From the NCBI GenBank assembly GCA_964527395.1, contig CAZGQD010000007.1, positions 8,654 to 68,722 of the forward strand: a stretch of DNA of 60,069 nucleotides, given 5' to 3'. The position numbers and the translations under genes were made by a program. Shown piece after piece: positions 48,105 to 56,803 of the stretch. This DNA is from an uncultured Methanosarcinales archaeon. GTDB taxonomy: Archaea; Nanobdellota; Nanobdellia; Woesearchaeales; GW2011-AR9. Numbering within the stretch: the stretch's first letter is position 1; the number at the start of each line of letters is the position of its first letter. The notes under the pieces were generated by a model that was given only the letters and a program-made list of their open reading frames with translations, ran no database searches and was not told the DNA's origin.

Positions 48105-48860
48105 TTAAGCATCTTTGCTTTGTTTCCACTTTTCTAAGAAATGTTCTTTTAACATAACGCTAAAAGCTGGAGATTCTATCCAAAATGAAAGATAATCTTC
48201 ATAATCACTTATTTGTGGACGTCCAATTGTGATTCTGCCTAGCTTTTCGTCCATTGAAGAGAACCTAATGCTCCTTTGTTCATCTTTTGGGAAAAAACGA
48301 ACCTTTGCACCCAAATCTTTCCATTTTTTTATGATATTTTCTCTGCCTTTAACTTTGTGGATTAGAAATCTTACATCTACACCCCTTCTTATAGCAGATT
48401 TTACTAGTCTTGCACTTCTAGGATGATAATTAAAGCCACCACTAAAAGAATAGATATATTTTTGAGATTTCTCTGATGCAAACTGCAACATTCTGATGAT
48501 TTGATCTTTGCCTTTCATTACTGTAGCTATATCTTGTTCATTTTTTATTCCATGTTTGATCATTTCTTGGAGTTTATTTACTGCAATCTGCATTTTTGAG
48601 ATAGTTTCTTGCTTTTCTTCAATATCTTGTTGTAATTTCTCAGTATTAATGATCTTGTATATCCTTGGAGTTAAATCTAAACTGCCAATATAACCACGCT
48701 CAGCTAGTCTGATCAAACTTTCATACACTTTGTTTTTAGCAATGCCAGTTCTTTTTGAGATTGTTCTAGCTGGAGATGGACCAAGATTTAGTAAAGTTAG
48801 GTATACTTGAGAGTCATATTTTGTGAATGATAATTCAGTTAATAGTTTTTTTATTTCCAT
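48105..48860 (-). CDS. TrmB family transcriptional regulator
   Basis: N-terminal wHTH (LSFTKYDSQVYLTLL...ISKRTGIAKNKVYESLIRLAERG) plus effector domain. Confidence 0.9.
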   Translation of the reverse strand: MEIKKLLTELSFTKYDSQVYLTLLNLGPSPARTISKRTGIAKNKVYESLIRLAERGYIGSLDLTPRIYKIINTEKLQQDIEEKQETISKMQIAVNKLQEMIKHGIKNEQDIATVMKGKDQIIRMLQFASEKSQKYIYSFSGGFNYHPRSARLVKSAIRRGVDVRFLIHKVKGRENIIKKWKDLGAKVRFFPKDEQRSIRFSSMDEKLGRITIGRPQISDYEDYLSFWIESPAFSVMLKEHFLEKWKQSKDA

Positions 48861-48976
48861 TTTGTGTATAGGTTCAGTTATTATTGCTTTGTAGGGGGCC
48901 TAGTGTTGCTCAAAAGGACTTTTGGTACTAACTGGAGTCCTTTTAATATAAATATAACTGTGTTGATGTATGATTT

Positions 48977-49384
48977 ATGGTAAAAGAAAATGTTAATTTT
49001 AGGGTAGCTGCTAAGGCATTTATCCTAAACAAAAATAGAGAAATGCTTCTGATTAGAAGAAGACTGAATGATGTAATGAAACCTGGGATCTGGGAAATAC
49101 CTGGTGGAAGAATGGATCCTGGAGAAAATCCGTTTATTGGTTTGAAACGTGAAGCTAAAGAGGAGGTTGATTTAGATATTGATATCAAAAAGCCTTTTTC
49201 AGTAAAACATTTTGACAGATCAGATGGACAAACAATCACAATGATCTGTTTTGAATGTTATTCTGCCAATAAAGATGTTAAGTTAAGTGAAGAACATATA
49301 GATTTTGGCTGGTTTGCATTAGAAGAAGCAAAAGAGAAGATTACTCCATTTTTGAAAAATGAAGTTGAGACTTTAATTAGTTGA
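48977..49384 (+). CDS. NUDIX hydrolase
   Basis: WEIPGGRMDPGENPFIGLKREAKEEV Nudix box, VKLSEEH. Confidence 0.92.
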   Translation: MVKENVNFRVAAKAFILNKNREMLLIRRRLNDVMKPGIWEIPGGRMDPGENPFIGLKREAKEEVDLDIDIKKPFSVKHFDRSDGQTITMICFECYSANKDVKLSEEHIDFGWFALEEAKEKITPFLKNEVETLIS

Positions 49385-49433
49385 TGTCTTCAAAATGTTT
49401 AATTTTTTCTTTTTCTGGGATAGATATATACTC

Positions 49434-49513
49434 ATCCGTAACTATTTTTTATAACTTGGTTACGGATTCGAGACACAGTTCCGTAAGAAAAAGTTCCACT
49501 TTCTACTTACGGA
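49434..49513. promoter_or_regulatory. Array of four alternating TCCGTAA/TTACGGA heptamers
   Basis: Copies at 49435-41, 49460-66, 49480-86 and 49507-13, directly before a TATA-like site. Confidence 0.55.
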
Positions 49514-49546
49514 CCAGTATATAATAAATCAGTTTTTTGAGCTTTT

Positions 49547-50023
49547 ATGAAAGAACCGTTATTGATTAGAGGACATCATCTTGACGCTCTTCATGTAGTC
49601 GCTTTGTTAGGTATTGATAGTCCTGGACTTCAATTTTATATTTTTTCATATACTCCAAAAATACATCAGTATAAACTTGCTACACTTAGACAAGTTGTTG
49701 AGAATCCAGATATGTCTGTAAAAATTATTGGTTCTTTAGATTATTTATGTGAGCATGACTGTCCTAATTTAAAACCTTCTTGTTCAGATGAGTTAAATGT
49801 AGCAATTGATAAATATGCTGCAGAAAAAAAGTATGATTTTGAAGTTGGTAAGGTTTATGATGCTGGATTTTTAGTTGATTCACTTAGAGCAATGGATTAT
49901 AAATCACTTCAAGGAGATATACCAGCAACCTTAGTTGATAGTCAGAATGAGCCTAGTTATGTAGCTCCAATTGTGCCTAGATTTTTTCCACGATTGAGAA
50001 GCTTATTGAATAGAATTTGGTAG
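49547..50023 (+). CDS. DUF1284-like putative metal-binding protein
   Basis: IRGHHL, DYLC...CP....C pattern. Confidence 0.6.
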   Translation: MKEPLLIRGHHLDALHVVALLGIDSPGLQFYIFSYTPKIHQYKLATLRQVVENPDMSVKIIGSLDYLCEHDCPNLKPSCSDELNVAIDKYAAEKKYDFEVGKVYDAGFLVDSLRAMDYKSLQGDIPATLVDSQNEPSYVAPIVPRFFPRLRSLLNRIW

Positions 50024-50193
50024 TATAGTTACAAATGGAACTAGTGGATACTCTCGGATCTTGAATACGGGGACTTGGCCTGTTGGGAGATAGGAAGTAT
50101 GTCCACAATATTTTTTGAATTTTATGGTGGACACACAAATATGAGTGTGTTCATTATATTGAATACTAGCTTGTGACTATCAAATACCTTCGT

Positions 50194-50215
50194 GGTTTCC
50201 AGTATAATGGAAACC
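50194..50215. promoter_or_regulatory. Inverted repeat GGTTTCCA-GTATAA-TGGAAACC abutting the TATA box
   Basis: Perfect 8-bp arms; TTTATAAA at 50216-50223. Confidence 0.6.
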
Positions 50216-50244
50216 TTTATAAATAGAGTGAGTTTGATAGTTAT

Positions 50245-51480
50245 ATGGAAGAAGAAACAATAGTGAATGTTCTCAAACTATGGAATCTTTGGGAGAGTGA
50301 TATTGATACAGGAATCACAAGAACTAAGTATATTCAAGAGATTTATCCATATTTAGAAAGAAAGGAAGTTTTGGTTTTAAAAGGAATTAGGCGTTCTGGA
50401 AAATCAACATTAATGCAGCAATTAATGAAAAAATTGATGAAAAAAGATAAAGTTAATGTTAAACAGCTACTTTACCTTAATTTAGAAGATCACAACTTTG
50501 CCCAAAATTTGAAAATTTCTTTATTTGATGAGGTTCTTAATGCTTATATGAATCATACAAATAATAAGGAAAAAACTTACTTTTTTATAGATGAAATTCA
50601 AAAAATTCCTGGATGGGAAAGGTGGATTAGGACAAATTATGACCTTAAAGAGAATATTAAATTTGTTGTTTCTGGTTCATCTGCTTCTTTACTCTCAAAA
50701 GAACTTTCTACACTATTAACAGGAAGGAACTTATCATTTGTGATAAGGCCACTTTCGTACAATGAAGTGATTATTTTTGATAAAAAGATCTCAGTTCAAG
50801 AATATTTGCAGTTCGGTGGCTTTCCAGAAGTAGTATTAGAAAAATCTGATAAGAAAAAATTGAAGATTCTCCAACAATATTTTGATGACATTATTCATAA
50901 AGATATCATTGATAGGCATGAAATCAGAAATACAAAACAATTATTGAATTTAGCTCGTTATTTAGTAAGCACTGCAGGGGCAAAGGTGAGTATAAACAAA
51001 TTATCTAAAACATTTGGGATTTCTAAAGATGCTATTTCTAATTACATTAATTACATGATTGATGCTTATCTTCTATTTGAAGTGCCTTTTTTTTCTTTCT
51101 CAGCTAAAGTTAAACACGATGTGGCAAGATTGCCTAAACTTTATGTTTTGGATAATGGTTTGATTAATGTTGTTGATGTAAAATACTCCAAAAATGAAGG
51201 ACAAATGTTTGAAAACACGGTTTTAGTGAAATTATTAGAGAATAATAATGAAGTGAGTTATTGGTCTGATGCAAAATCAGAAGTGGATTTTGTTGTTCAA
51301 GGTAAAGCTATTAATGTTACAGCAACAGATAAGATTCCACCAAGAGAATGGAAAGGTCTGGAGGAATTTGAGAAGAAACATAAACTATTTTCATTAATAT
51401 TAGTCACTAAGTCCACAAACAAAGAAAATAACATCTCTTTGAAAAAATTTCTTGAAGAAAACATTATTTCTGAAAGATAA
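50245..51480 (+). CDS. AAA+ ATPase, AAA_14/DUF4143 type (copy 2)
   Basis: GIRRSGKST, FFIDEIQ, VSGSS, LTGR, GGFPE, LDNGL, FEN, SEVDFV. Confidence 0.9.
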   Translation: MEEETIVNVLKLWNLWESDIDTGITRTKYIQEIYPYLERKEVLVLKGIRRSGKSTLMQQLMKKLMKKDKVNVKQLLYLNLEDHNFAQNLKISLFDEVLNAYMNHTNNKEKTYFFIDEIQKIPGWERWIRTNYDLKENIKFVVSGSSASLLSKELSTLLTGRNLSFVIRPLSYNEVIIFDKKISVQEYLQFGGFPEVVLEKSDKKKLKILQQYFDDIIHKDIIDRHEIRNTKQLLNLARYLVSTAGAKVSINKLSKTFGISKDAISNYINYMIDAYLLFEVPFFSFSAKVKHDVARLPKLYVLDNGLINVVDVKYSKNEGQMFENTVLVKLLENNNEVSYWSDAKSEVDFVVQGKAINVTATDKIPPREWKGLEEFEKKHKLFSLILVTKSTNKENNISLKKFLEENIISER

Positions 51481-51494
51481 AATAGTTTGATAGA

Positions 51495-53012
51495 TTATTG
51501 GTCTGTGAGTACATAACTATTGTTTATGCTTAGAATTAGCTTCTGTGGGCTTTGGTTTGAGTCTAGATCCTTGTTTTCTAGGTCTTGTCTTGCTTTATTC
51601 TTGTTCTTTCCTATTGTTAGTAGAATTGCTGTGTCTGAGTTTGTGATGAGGGACTTTGTTGCAGTCATTCTTAGTTTTGGTGGCTTTGGTGAGTCTTTTA
51701 CTATGCTAAAATATTTACCCTTTGCCTGATTGACTTTGTTTGGGAACAATGATGCAATATGGCCGTCCTCGCCAGAACTTAAAATAGCAATATCAATCTT
51801 GCCGCCTAGTTTCTTAAGTTTGTTTGAGTAGCTATTGATTCCGTAGTTTGCTTTAGTTTTGTCTGGAACAAAAGGATGGATGTTCTCTTCTGGGAGTTTT
51901 CCTTCTTTGATTAGTGGTTTTAAGAGGATGTCGTATGCTTGTTTGAAGTTGCTGTTTTTGTTTGTGATTGGAAGAAGTCTTTCATCTAACATGAAAATAT
52001 GGACGTCTTTCCAGGCAATTTTGGCTTTCTTTAGCCGTTTAAGTAAAGGGATTACTGTATTTCCGCCAACAAAGCCCAAAATTACCTTGGTTTGGCCTAA
52101 ATCGGGAGAAATGAGCTTCTTTTGGCTTAAATAGGTAATTTTGAGCTCCTTTTTTGATTTAAAGGTCATTTTTGCCTGCTTTTGACTTCTAGCGGTCAAA
52201 ATTGGCTGCTTTTTGGAAAAGGAGGCAGTTTTGGTCTTCTTTTGGTCTAAATCAGCAATTTTGGCCTTCTTTATCGATTTAATTCTGCTCTCAATTAACT
52301 TGCTTGCCTTCTCATATAAAGTGCTTTTCTTTGCTTTGATGGTCCTTCTGTTTGTTTCCTTTTCTAGAATGTAATTGGCAGCATCTAAGAAATCTGTTGC
52401 TACATGGATCTTTGATTTGATGCTGCTTTTGCCTCTTGATTCTCTTGATTTATTGAATTTGTTTAGTTTTTGAAGTTCTTCACCTTCGTTTTTGAAAGGA
52501 ATTAAGATGCCAGTACCTTTGGCGTTGATAGCTGTTTGGACATCTGCTAGTCTATCACCAATAACATAGATATTGACATCTTTTCTCTTAAGATGGGTTT
52601 GTTTTAGAGCATCGTAGACCATGCCTGGATGAGGTTTTCTGCAATGTGAATCTTTTACAAGGCTTTTGATGTATTTTCTGTCTTTGTGGGTCTTTACGTA
52701 ATGTTTGTTTGTGTGAGGACAAAAGATGTAGCCTTTTATTTTTGCGCCTTTGCTATTTAGTCTGTTTGTGACTTCCTCGCATACTTTGTCTGCCCGCTGT
52801 GGAGTTAGAAGTTTGAAGTCTTTAATAGCAACACCAGTTTGATTACTAATCATATAGATATGGGCGTTTGGGAGAGTGTTTAAGAGTTTTAAACCTTTAA
52901 TGACGTTTGGTAAGAACTTTAGTTTCTTTTTCCAACTGTTAGTTTTACCTAGATAGTATTTGTCATCATAAATGAGAGTTCCATCTCTATCAATGCAGAT
53001 TAGCGTTTCCAT
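51495..53012 (-). CDS. pgl: Fusion of GmhB/HisB-like HAD phosphatase and 6-phosphogluconolactonase
   Basis: N-terminal IDRDGTL, ISNQTG, CPH, CRKP.PGM, IGDR..DV; C-terminal VGGNT, FMLDERL, GEDGHIASLFP, PKPPKLRMT. Confidence 0.85.
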   Translation of the reverse strand: METLICIDRDGTLIYDDKYYLGKTNSWKKKLKFLPNVIKGLKLLNTLPNAHIYMISNQTGVAIKDFKLLTPQRADKVCEEVTNRLNSKGAKIKGYIFCPHTNKHYVKTHKDRKYIKSLVKDSHCRKPHPGMVYDALKQTHLKRKDVNIYVIGDRLADVQTAINAKGTGILIPFKNEGEELQKLNKFNKSRESRGKSSIKSKIHVATDFLDAANYILEKETNRRTIKAKKSTLYEKASKLIESRIKSIKKAKIADLDQKKTKTASFSKKQPILTARSQKQAKMTFKSKKELKITYLSQKKLISPDLGQTKVILGFVGGNTVIPLLKRLKKAKIAWKDVHIFMLDERLLPITNKNSNFKQAYDILLKPLIKEGKLPEENIHPFVPDKTKANYGINSYSNKLKKLGGKIDIAILSSGEDGHIASLFPNKVNQAKGKYFSIVKDSPKPPKLRMTATKSLITNSDTAILLTIGKNKNKARQDLENKDLDSNQSPQKLILSINNSYVLTDQ

Positions 53013-53076
53013 CTTTTAGTTAGGGTTTAGTGATTCTTTTGTTACTTGAAAAGCTAGATTTGTTTTCTTTTATGTA

Positions 53077-53250
53077 AGAAGAAGGCACAATCAGACTTTA
53101 GTTCGAGCAGAGCTCTCTCAACTTGACTATTCGTCAAGTATCGCAGGTGTGTCCACTTCGCTGTGATTTTGCTCCTGTTGGTCACAAAATGCTCGTTGCT
53201 AAAGTCTTGTTTTGAATAACATTGCCAGTGAGGGGACTGTGCCTTCTTCT
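53077..53250. repeat. Multi-branch intergenic palindromic element
   Basis: Outer 12-bp IR AGAAGAAGGCAC/GTGCCTTCTTCT; inner AGACTTTAG/CTAAAGTCT, CGAGCA/TGCTCG, GAGC-AGA-GCTC, ACTTGAC/GTCAAGT. Confidence 0.8.
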
Positions 53251-53315
53251 CTTGAGTAAGATGCTGTGGATGATGAGTTGTTGGATGTTCTGTTGGTTGA
53301 TTATGTGTAAGTTAG

Positions 53316-53975
53316 TTAGGTGAATGTGCTTAGGAGTTTTTTTGGGTTTTTGGATTTGGTTAGGGCAGAAGCAATTAGGACTCCTTTGCAGCCTAAGGCT
53401 TTTGCTTCTAGGTAGTCGCTGTTGTCGTGGATGCCAGCGCCGCAAATGGGGATTGTTTTTGTTTTGCTTAGGAGCTTTGTGAATTCTTTTAGCTGCTTTG
53501 TGTTGTGTTTGGTGATTGAAGTTTTAGTACCAATGATTTTTGGATCTTCGAATGCCATATATGTCGGTCTTAATTTTTTGTATTTTTTTACTTCACTGAT
53601 GCTTTTTACGCAGAGGATGCTTTTTAGCTTATGTTTCTTGCAGTCTTTTATAGCCTGTTTTATTTCTTCTTCTTTTAATTGATGTTCAGAATGGTTAATT
53701 ATTGTTCCTTTTGCGCCAGCAGCTTTGATTGCTTCTGCAATTATGTAGCCTGTTGCTCTATTAGTTCTATTGCTTTGATCAATGTGTTGAGCGAAAATTG
53801 TGATGTTGCTCTTCTTTTTGAGTTTGCTTTTTATGTAGTATATGTCAGTAGCAGATACACAGACTATTATTTTTTTAGGTTTGGGAGTCTTTTTGTTTGG
53901 TGTTGATTCTAGCTTCTTTATGAAATTTAGGGCTTTTGTGCCATGAAAGTAGTTTTTTAAGTTGATGATTATCAT
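53316..53975 (-). CDS. tpiA: Triosephosphate isomerase, archaeal type
   Basis: INLKNY, FAQHID, TIINHSEH, AFEDP..IGT, CGAGI, GVLIASA. Confidence 0.9.
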   Translation of the reverse strand: MIIINLKNYFHGTKALNFIKKLESTPNKKTPKPKKIIVCVSATDIYYIKSKLKKKSNITIFAQHIDQSNRTNRATGYIIAEAIKAAGAKGTIINHSEHQLKEEEIKQAIKDCKKHKLKSILCVKSISEVKKYKKLRPTYMAFEDPKIIGTKTSITKHNTKQLKEFTKLLSKTKTIPICGAGIHDNSDYLEAKALGCKGVLIASALTKSKNPKKLLSTFT

Positions 53976-54008
53976 TTTGTGTGTATCTGGTTTACATTTT
54001 GTTTCGTT

Positions 54009-54779
54009 TTACTTGTTGAAAATTATTTCTCTGATTTTTTTTGCTCTTTTGATTGGATCTTTACTTTGCCAAATGTTTCTACCAATAGCAAGTCCTGCTC
54101 CGCCAGCGTTTAGTATATCTTTGATGTTCTTTTTTAGAGATTTGTCATCAGTTTTGACTCCGCCAGCAATAACTACCTTTGCTTTTCCAGCACATTGTAC
54201 TGCCCATTTTAGAGCTTTTGCGTTTCCAGGATAGTGAACTTTGATGATATCAGCTCCGAGTTCAAGGCCTACTCTAGTTGCATAAGCTAGCATCTCATTC
54301 TTGTTTCTTTTAGTTGCGTCTTTACCCCTAGGATAGATCCATGCAATAACAGGAATGTTCTTTTTGTGTGCTTCTGTTTGAATCTTTGAGAATCTGGATA
54401 ACATAGATGCTTCATGTTTGCTTCCAATGTAAATTGTGTATCCTACTGCTGCTGCACCTAGTTTGATTGCTTCTTTTACAGTGCACAGTTGTTTTGAAAG
54501 TGGTTCACCTTGATAGATATTAGTTTTACCATTTAGTTTTACTATCAGTGGTATCTTTGATTTTTTTATTTCAGATTTGTATTTTTCTGCAATACCTTTT
54601 TGGAAGACAATTCCTGTGAATTTTCCTTTTTTTGCTATGTTGATGATATAGTTTGGGTCTGCTTGCTCCTTTGTTTTGAAGTCTGCTGGACCATGCTCTA
54701 GACCTTGATCGTCTGCTAAGAAGAGTGCTTTACCTTTTTTAAGAAGTTTTTTTAGATTAGAATCTAGTTTATTTACCAT
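54009..54779 (-). CDS. fba: Class I fructose-bisphosphate aldolase (DhnA family)
   Basis: LADDQGLEHGP, IVKLNGKT, AVGYTIYIGS, WIYPRG, RVGLELGADIIKV, GLAIGRNIWQ. Confidence 0.9.
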   Translation of the reverse strand: MVNKLDSNLKKLLKKGKALFLADDQGLEHGPADFKTKEQADPNYIINIAKKGKFTGIVFQKGIAEKYKSEIKKSKIPLIVKLNGKTNIYQGEPLSKQLCTVKEAIKLGAAAVGYTIYIGSKHEASMLSRFSKIQTEAHKKNIPVIAWIYPRGKDATKRNKNEMLAYATRVGLELGADIIKVHYPGNAKALKWAVQCAGKAKVVIAGGVKTDDKSLKKNIKDILNAGGAGLAIGRNIWQSKDPIKRAKKIREIIFNK

Positions 54780-54862
54780 CTTTAGTAGCACATCTTTATT
54801 AATTGATTAAAAAGGAAGAGAATTTGCTTTATAAATGTGGGGGTTTTGTTGGTAGAGTTTGG

Positions 54863-56782
54863 TCATTTAAGCAATCCTTTAGCAGCTTTCACAATAGCCT
54901 TTACATTAATCTTCTTATCTTCTAAAAGCTCATCACCACTGCCGCTGTGAGGAATACCTTCAACGCATAAGGTTTTGACTACAATTCTGTGGCTTGTGAT
55001 CTTTTGATGTTTAGCTTCGTTAGCTGCAATAGTTGCAATTTTGTGGCCAATCATCTCTCCAATACCGCCAGCATCGAAGTGATCTTCAGTTACAATAACT
55101 TTGCCACCATGTTTTAGAATAAAATCGTGAAGTTTTTTACCGTTTAATGGTTGTACACAGTAAAGGTCAATCACTGCAGCGTTGATTCCTTGTTTTTTTA
55201 GTTGCTTAGCTGCTTTAAGGGACTCGTGAAGCGTGATTCCAGCTCCGATTAATGTTATTTGATCTTGTTTGCTTTGCTTTAGAACTTTGAAGTCACCTAT
55301 TTTGAATTCTTCAGTTTTTTTGTATAAAATGGGTGTTTTTGGCCTACTTGTTCTAATATATTTGATGCCTTTGATACTTGGACATTGATTTACTAACTTT
55401 TCTGTGGAAACTGCGTCACTTGGGTAGAAAACTGTGGCGTTTGGGAGGGCTCTCATCATTGCTAAGTCTTCTAAAGCCATTTGTGAAGCGCCGTCAGATC
55501 CGATTGAAACACCTGCGTGAGATCCACAAAAAGTTATGTCTGCGCTAGAAAGTGCTGCCATTCTTATTTGGTCGTGTGCTCGGGAGAGGAATGCTGCGAA
55601 TGTAGAAGCGAAAACAATGTGGCCTTTTTTAGACATGCCTAAAGCAATACTAGCCATGTTTTGTTCTGCTATGAATGTTTCTATGAACTGGTCTGGGTTT
55701 TTTTCTTTAACTTTGTTTGAGAAAGTTGAATTACTTACTTCAGCATCAATTGCAACTACGTTTTTGTTGTCATTTGCTAATCTTGCAAGTGCCTCACCAT
55801 ATGCTTGCCTTGTAGCTATGATTTGGTCTTCTTTAAAGTCACAACAGCCAGTTATTTTTGTTGTTTTTGGAATTTTTAAGCTAGTTTTGCTTCTTTTTGG
55901 AGATTGAATGCTTACTTTTGGCATCTTTATTGGGCCTATTTCTTTTAGAGCCTTTTTCATTAGTTCCTCACTTAATGGTTTTCCATGCCAATTGTCCTTG
56001 TTTGCGATTTCTTTGAAACCTTGACCTTTGAAAGTTTTTGCAATAATCATTGTAGGTTTGTCATCAGTGTTTTTTGCTTTTTCAATAAATTTGTTGATTT
56101 CTTCAATATTGTGGCCATCTATAACTATGCAGTTCCAGTTAAAACCTTCAAATCTCTTTTTGTAACTGTTTGCATCATGACCAAGCATAGTTTCTCCTCT
56201 TTGGCCAAGTCTGTTTAAGTCTACTATTGCAATTAAATTGCTAAGTTTGTAATAGTCTGCTAGTTGAAGTGCTTCATAGATTGATCCTTCAGCTACTTCA
56301 CTGTCTCCAAGCATAACATAAGTTTTGTAGTCTCTTTTTTGCATCTTTGCTGCTAGAGCCATACCTACACCTACACTTAGTCCTTGGCCTAAAGAACCTG
56401 TTGCAACTTTGATCCAGTCTAAGGAATTTGGCATTGGGTGTCCTTCTAAAGGAGAGCTGAGTTTTCTTAGGGAAAGGAGATCTTCGTTGATGCATCCTGC
56501 GTGTTGCAGAGCTGAATATAGAATAGGTGCTGCGTGACCTTTTGATAAAATGAATTCATCGTTATCTGGATCTTTACTGTCTTTTGTGTTATAATTCATG
56601 TGTTTGAAAAAGAGTGCTGACATTATCTCTGCGCATGACATGCATGAACTTGGATGACCACTTTTAGCTGCTGTAGTCATTTTAATTGAATCTGCTCGCA
56701 TTATGTTTGCTATAATTTGTAATTTTTTGTTATCTACCATGTTTGAATCAACCTTGAATTTATTTTTTATTACTAAATCCAT
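54863..56782 (-). CDS. tkt: Transketolase, single chain (alternative start ATG 56740)
   Basis: SGHPSS, LSKGHAAP, LEGHP, ATGSLGQG, LGDSE..EG, HGKP, FIAEQNM, SHAGVSIG.DG.SQM, YIRTSR, EDH. Confidence 0.95.
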   Translation of the reverse strand: MDLVIKNKFKVDSNMVDNKKLQIIANIMRADSIKMTTAAKSGHPSSCMSCAEIMSALFFKHMNYNTKDSKDPDNDEFILSKGHAAPILYSALQHAGCINEDLLSLRKLSSPLEGHPMPNSLDWIKVATGSLGQGLSVGVGMALAAKMQKRDYKTYVMLGDSEVAEGSIYEALQLADYYKLSNLIAIVDLNRLGQRGETMLGHDANSYKKRFEGFNWNCIVIDGHNIEEINKFIEKAKNTDDKPTMIIAKTFKGQGFKEIANKDNWHGKPLSEELMKKALKEIGPIKMPKVSIQSPKRSKTSLKIPKTTKITGCCDFKEDQIIATRQAYGEALARLANDNKNVVAIDAEVSNSTFSNKVKEKNPDQFIETFIAEQNMASIALGMSKKGHIVFASTFAAFLSRAHDQIRMAALSSADITFCGSHAGVSIGSDGASQMALEDLAMMRALPNATVFYPSDAVSTEKLVNQCPSIKGIKYIRTSRPKTPILYKKTEEFKIGDFKVLKQSKQDQITLIGAGITLHESLKAAKQLKKQGINAAVIDLYCVQPLNGKKLHDFILKHGGKVIVTEDHFDAGGIGEMIGHKIATIAANEAKHQKITSHRIVVKTLCVEGIPHSGSGDELLEDKKINVKAIVKAAKGLLK

Positions 56783-56803
56783 TATTTTGTTGTTATTTTG
56801 TTG

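Noticed and set aside
48914-48946. AAAAGGACT...AGTCCTTTT inverted repeat as the TrmB operator
   Set aside because: It is a real 9-bp IR between divergent genes, but I found no second copy upstream of zwf, gnd or tal, so no function can be assigned.
50040-50160. tRNA, attC site or ncRNA in the GC-richer stretch before ATPase 2
   Set aside because: Bulged stems exist (GTGGATACT/AGTATGTCCAC and GACACAC/GTGTGTT), but there is no cloverleaf, T-loop consensus or RYYYAAC/GTTRRRY pair.
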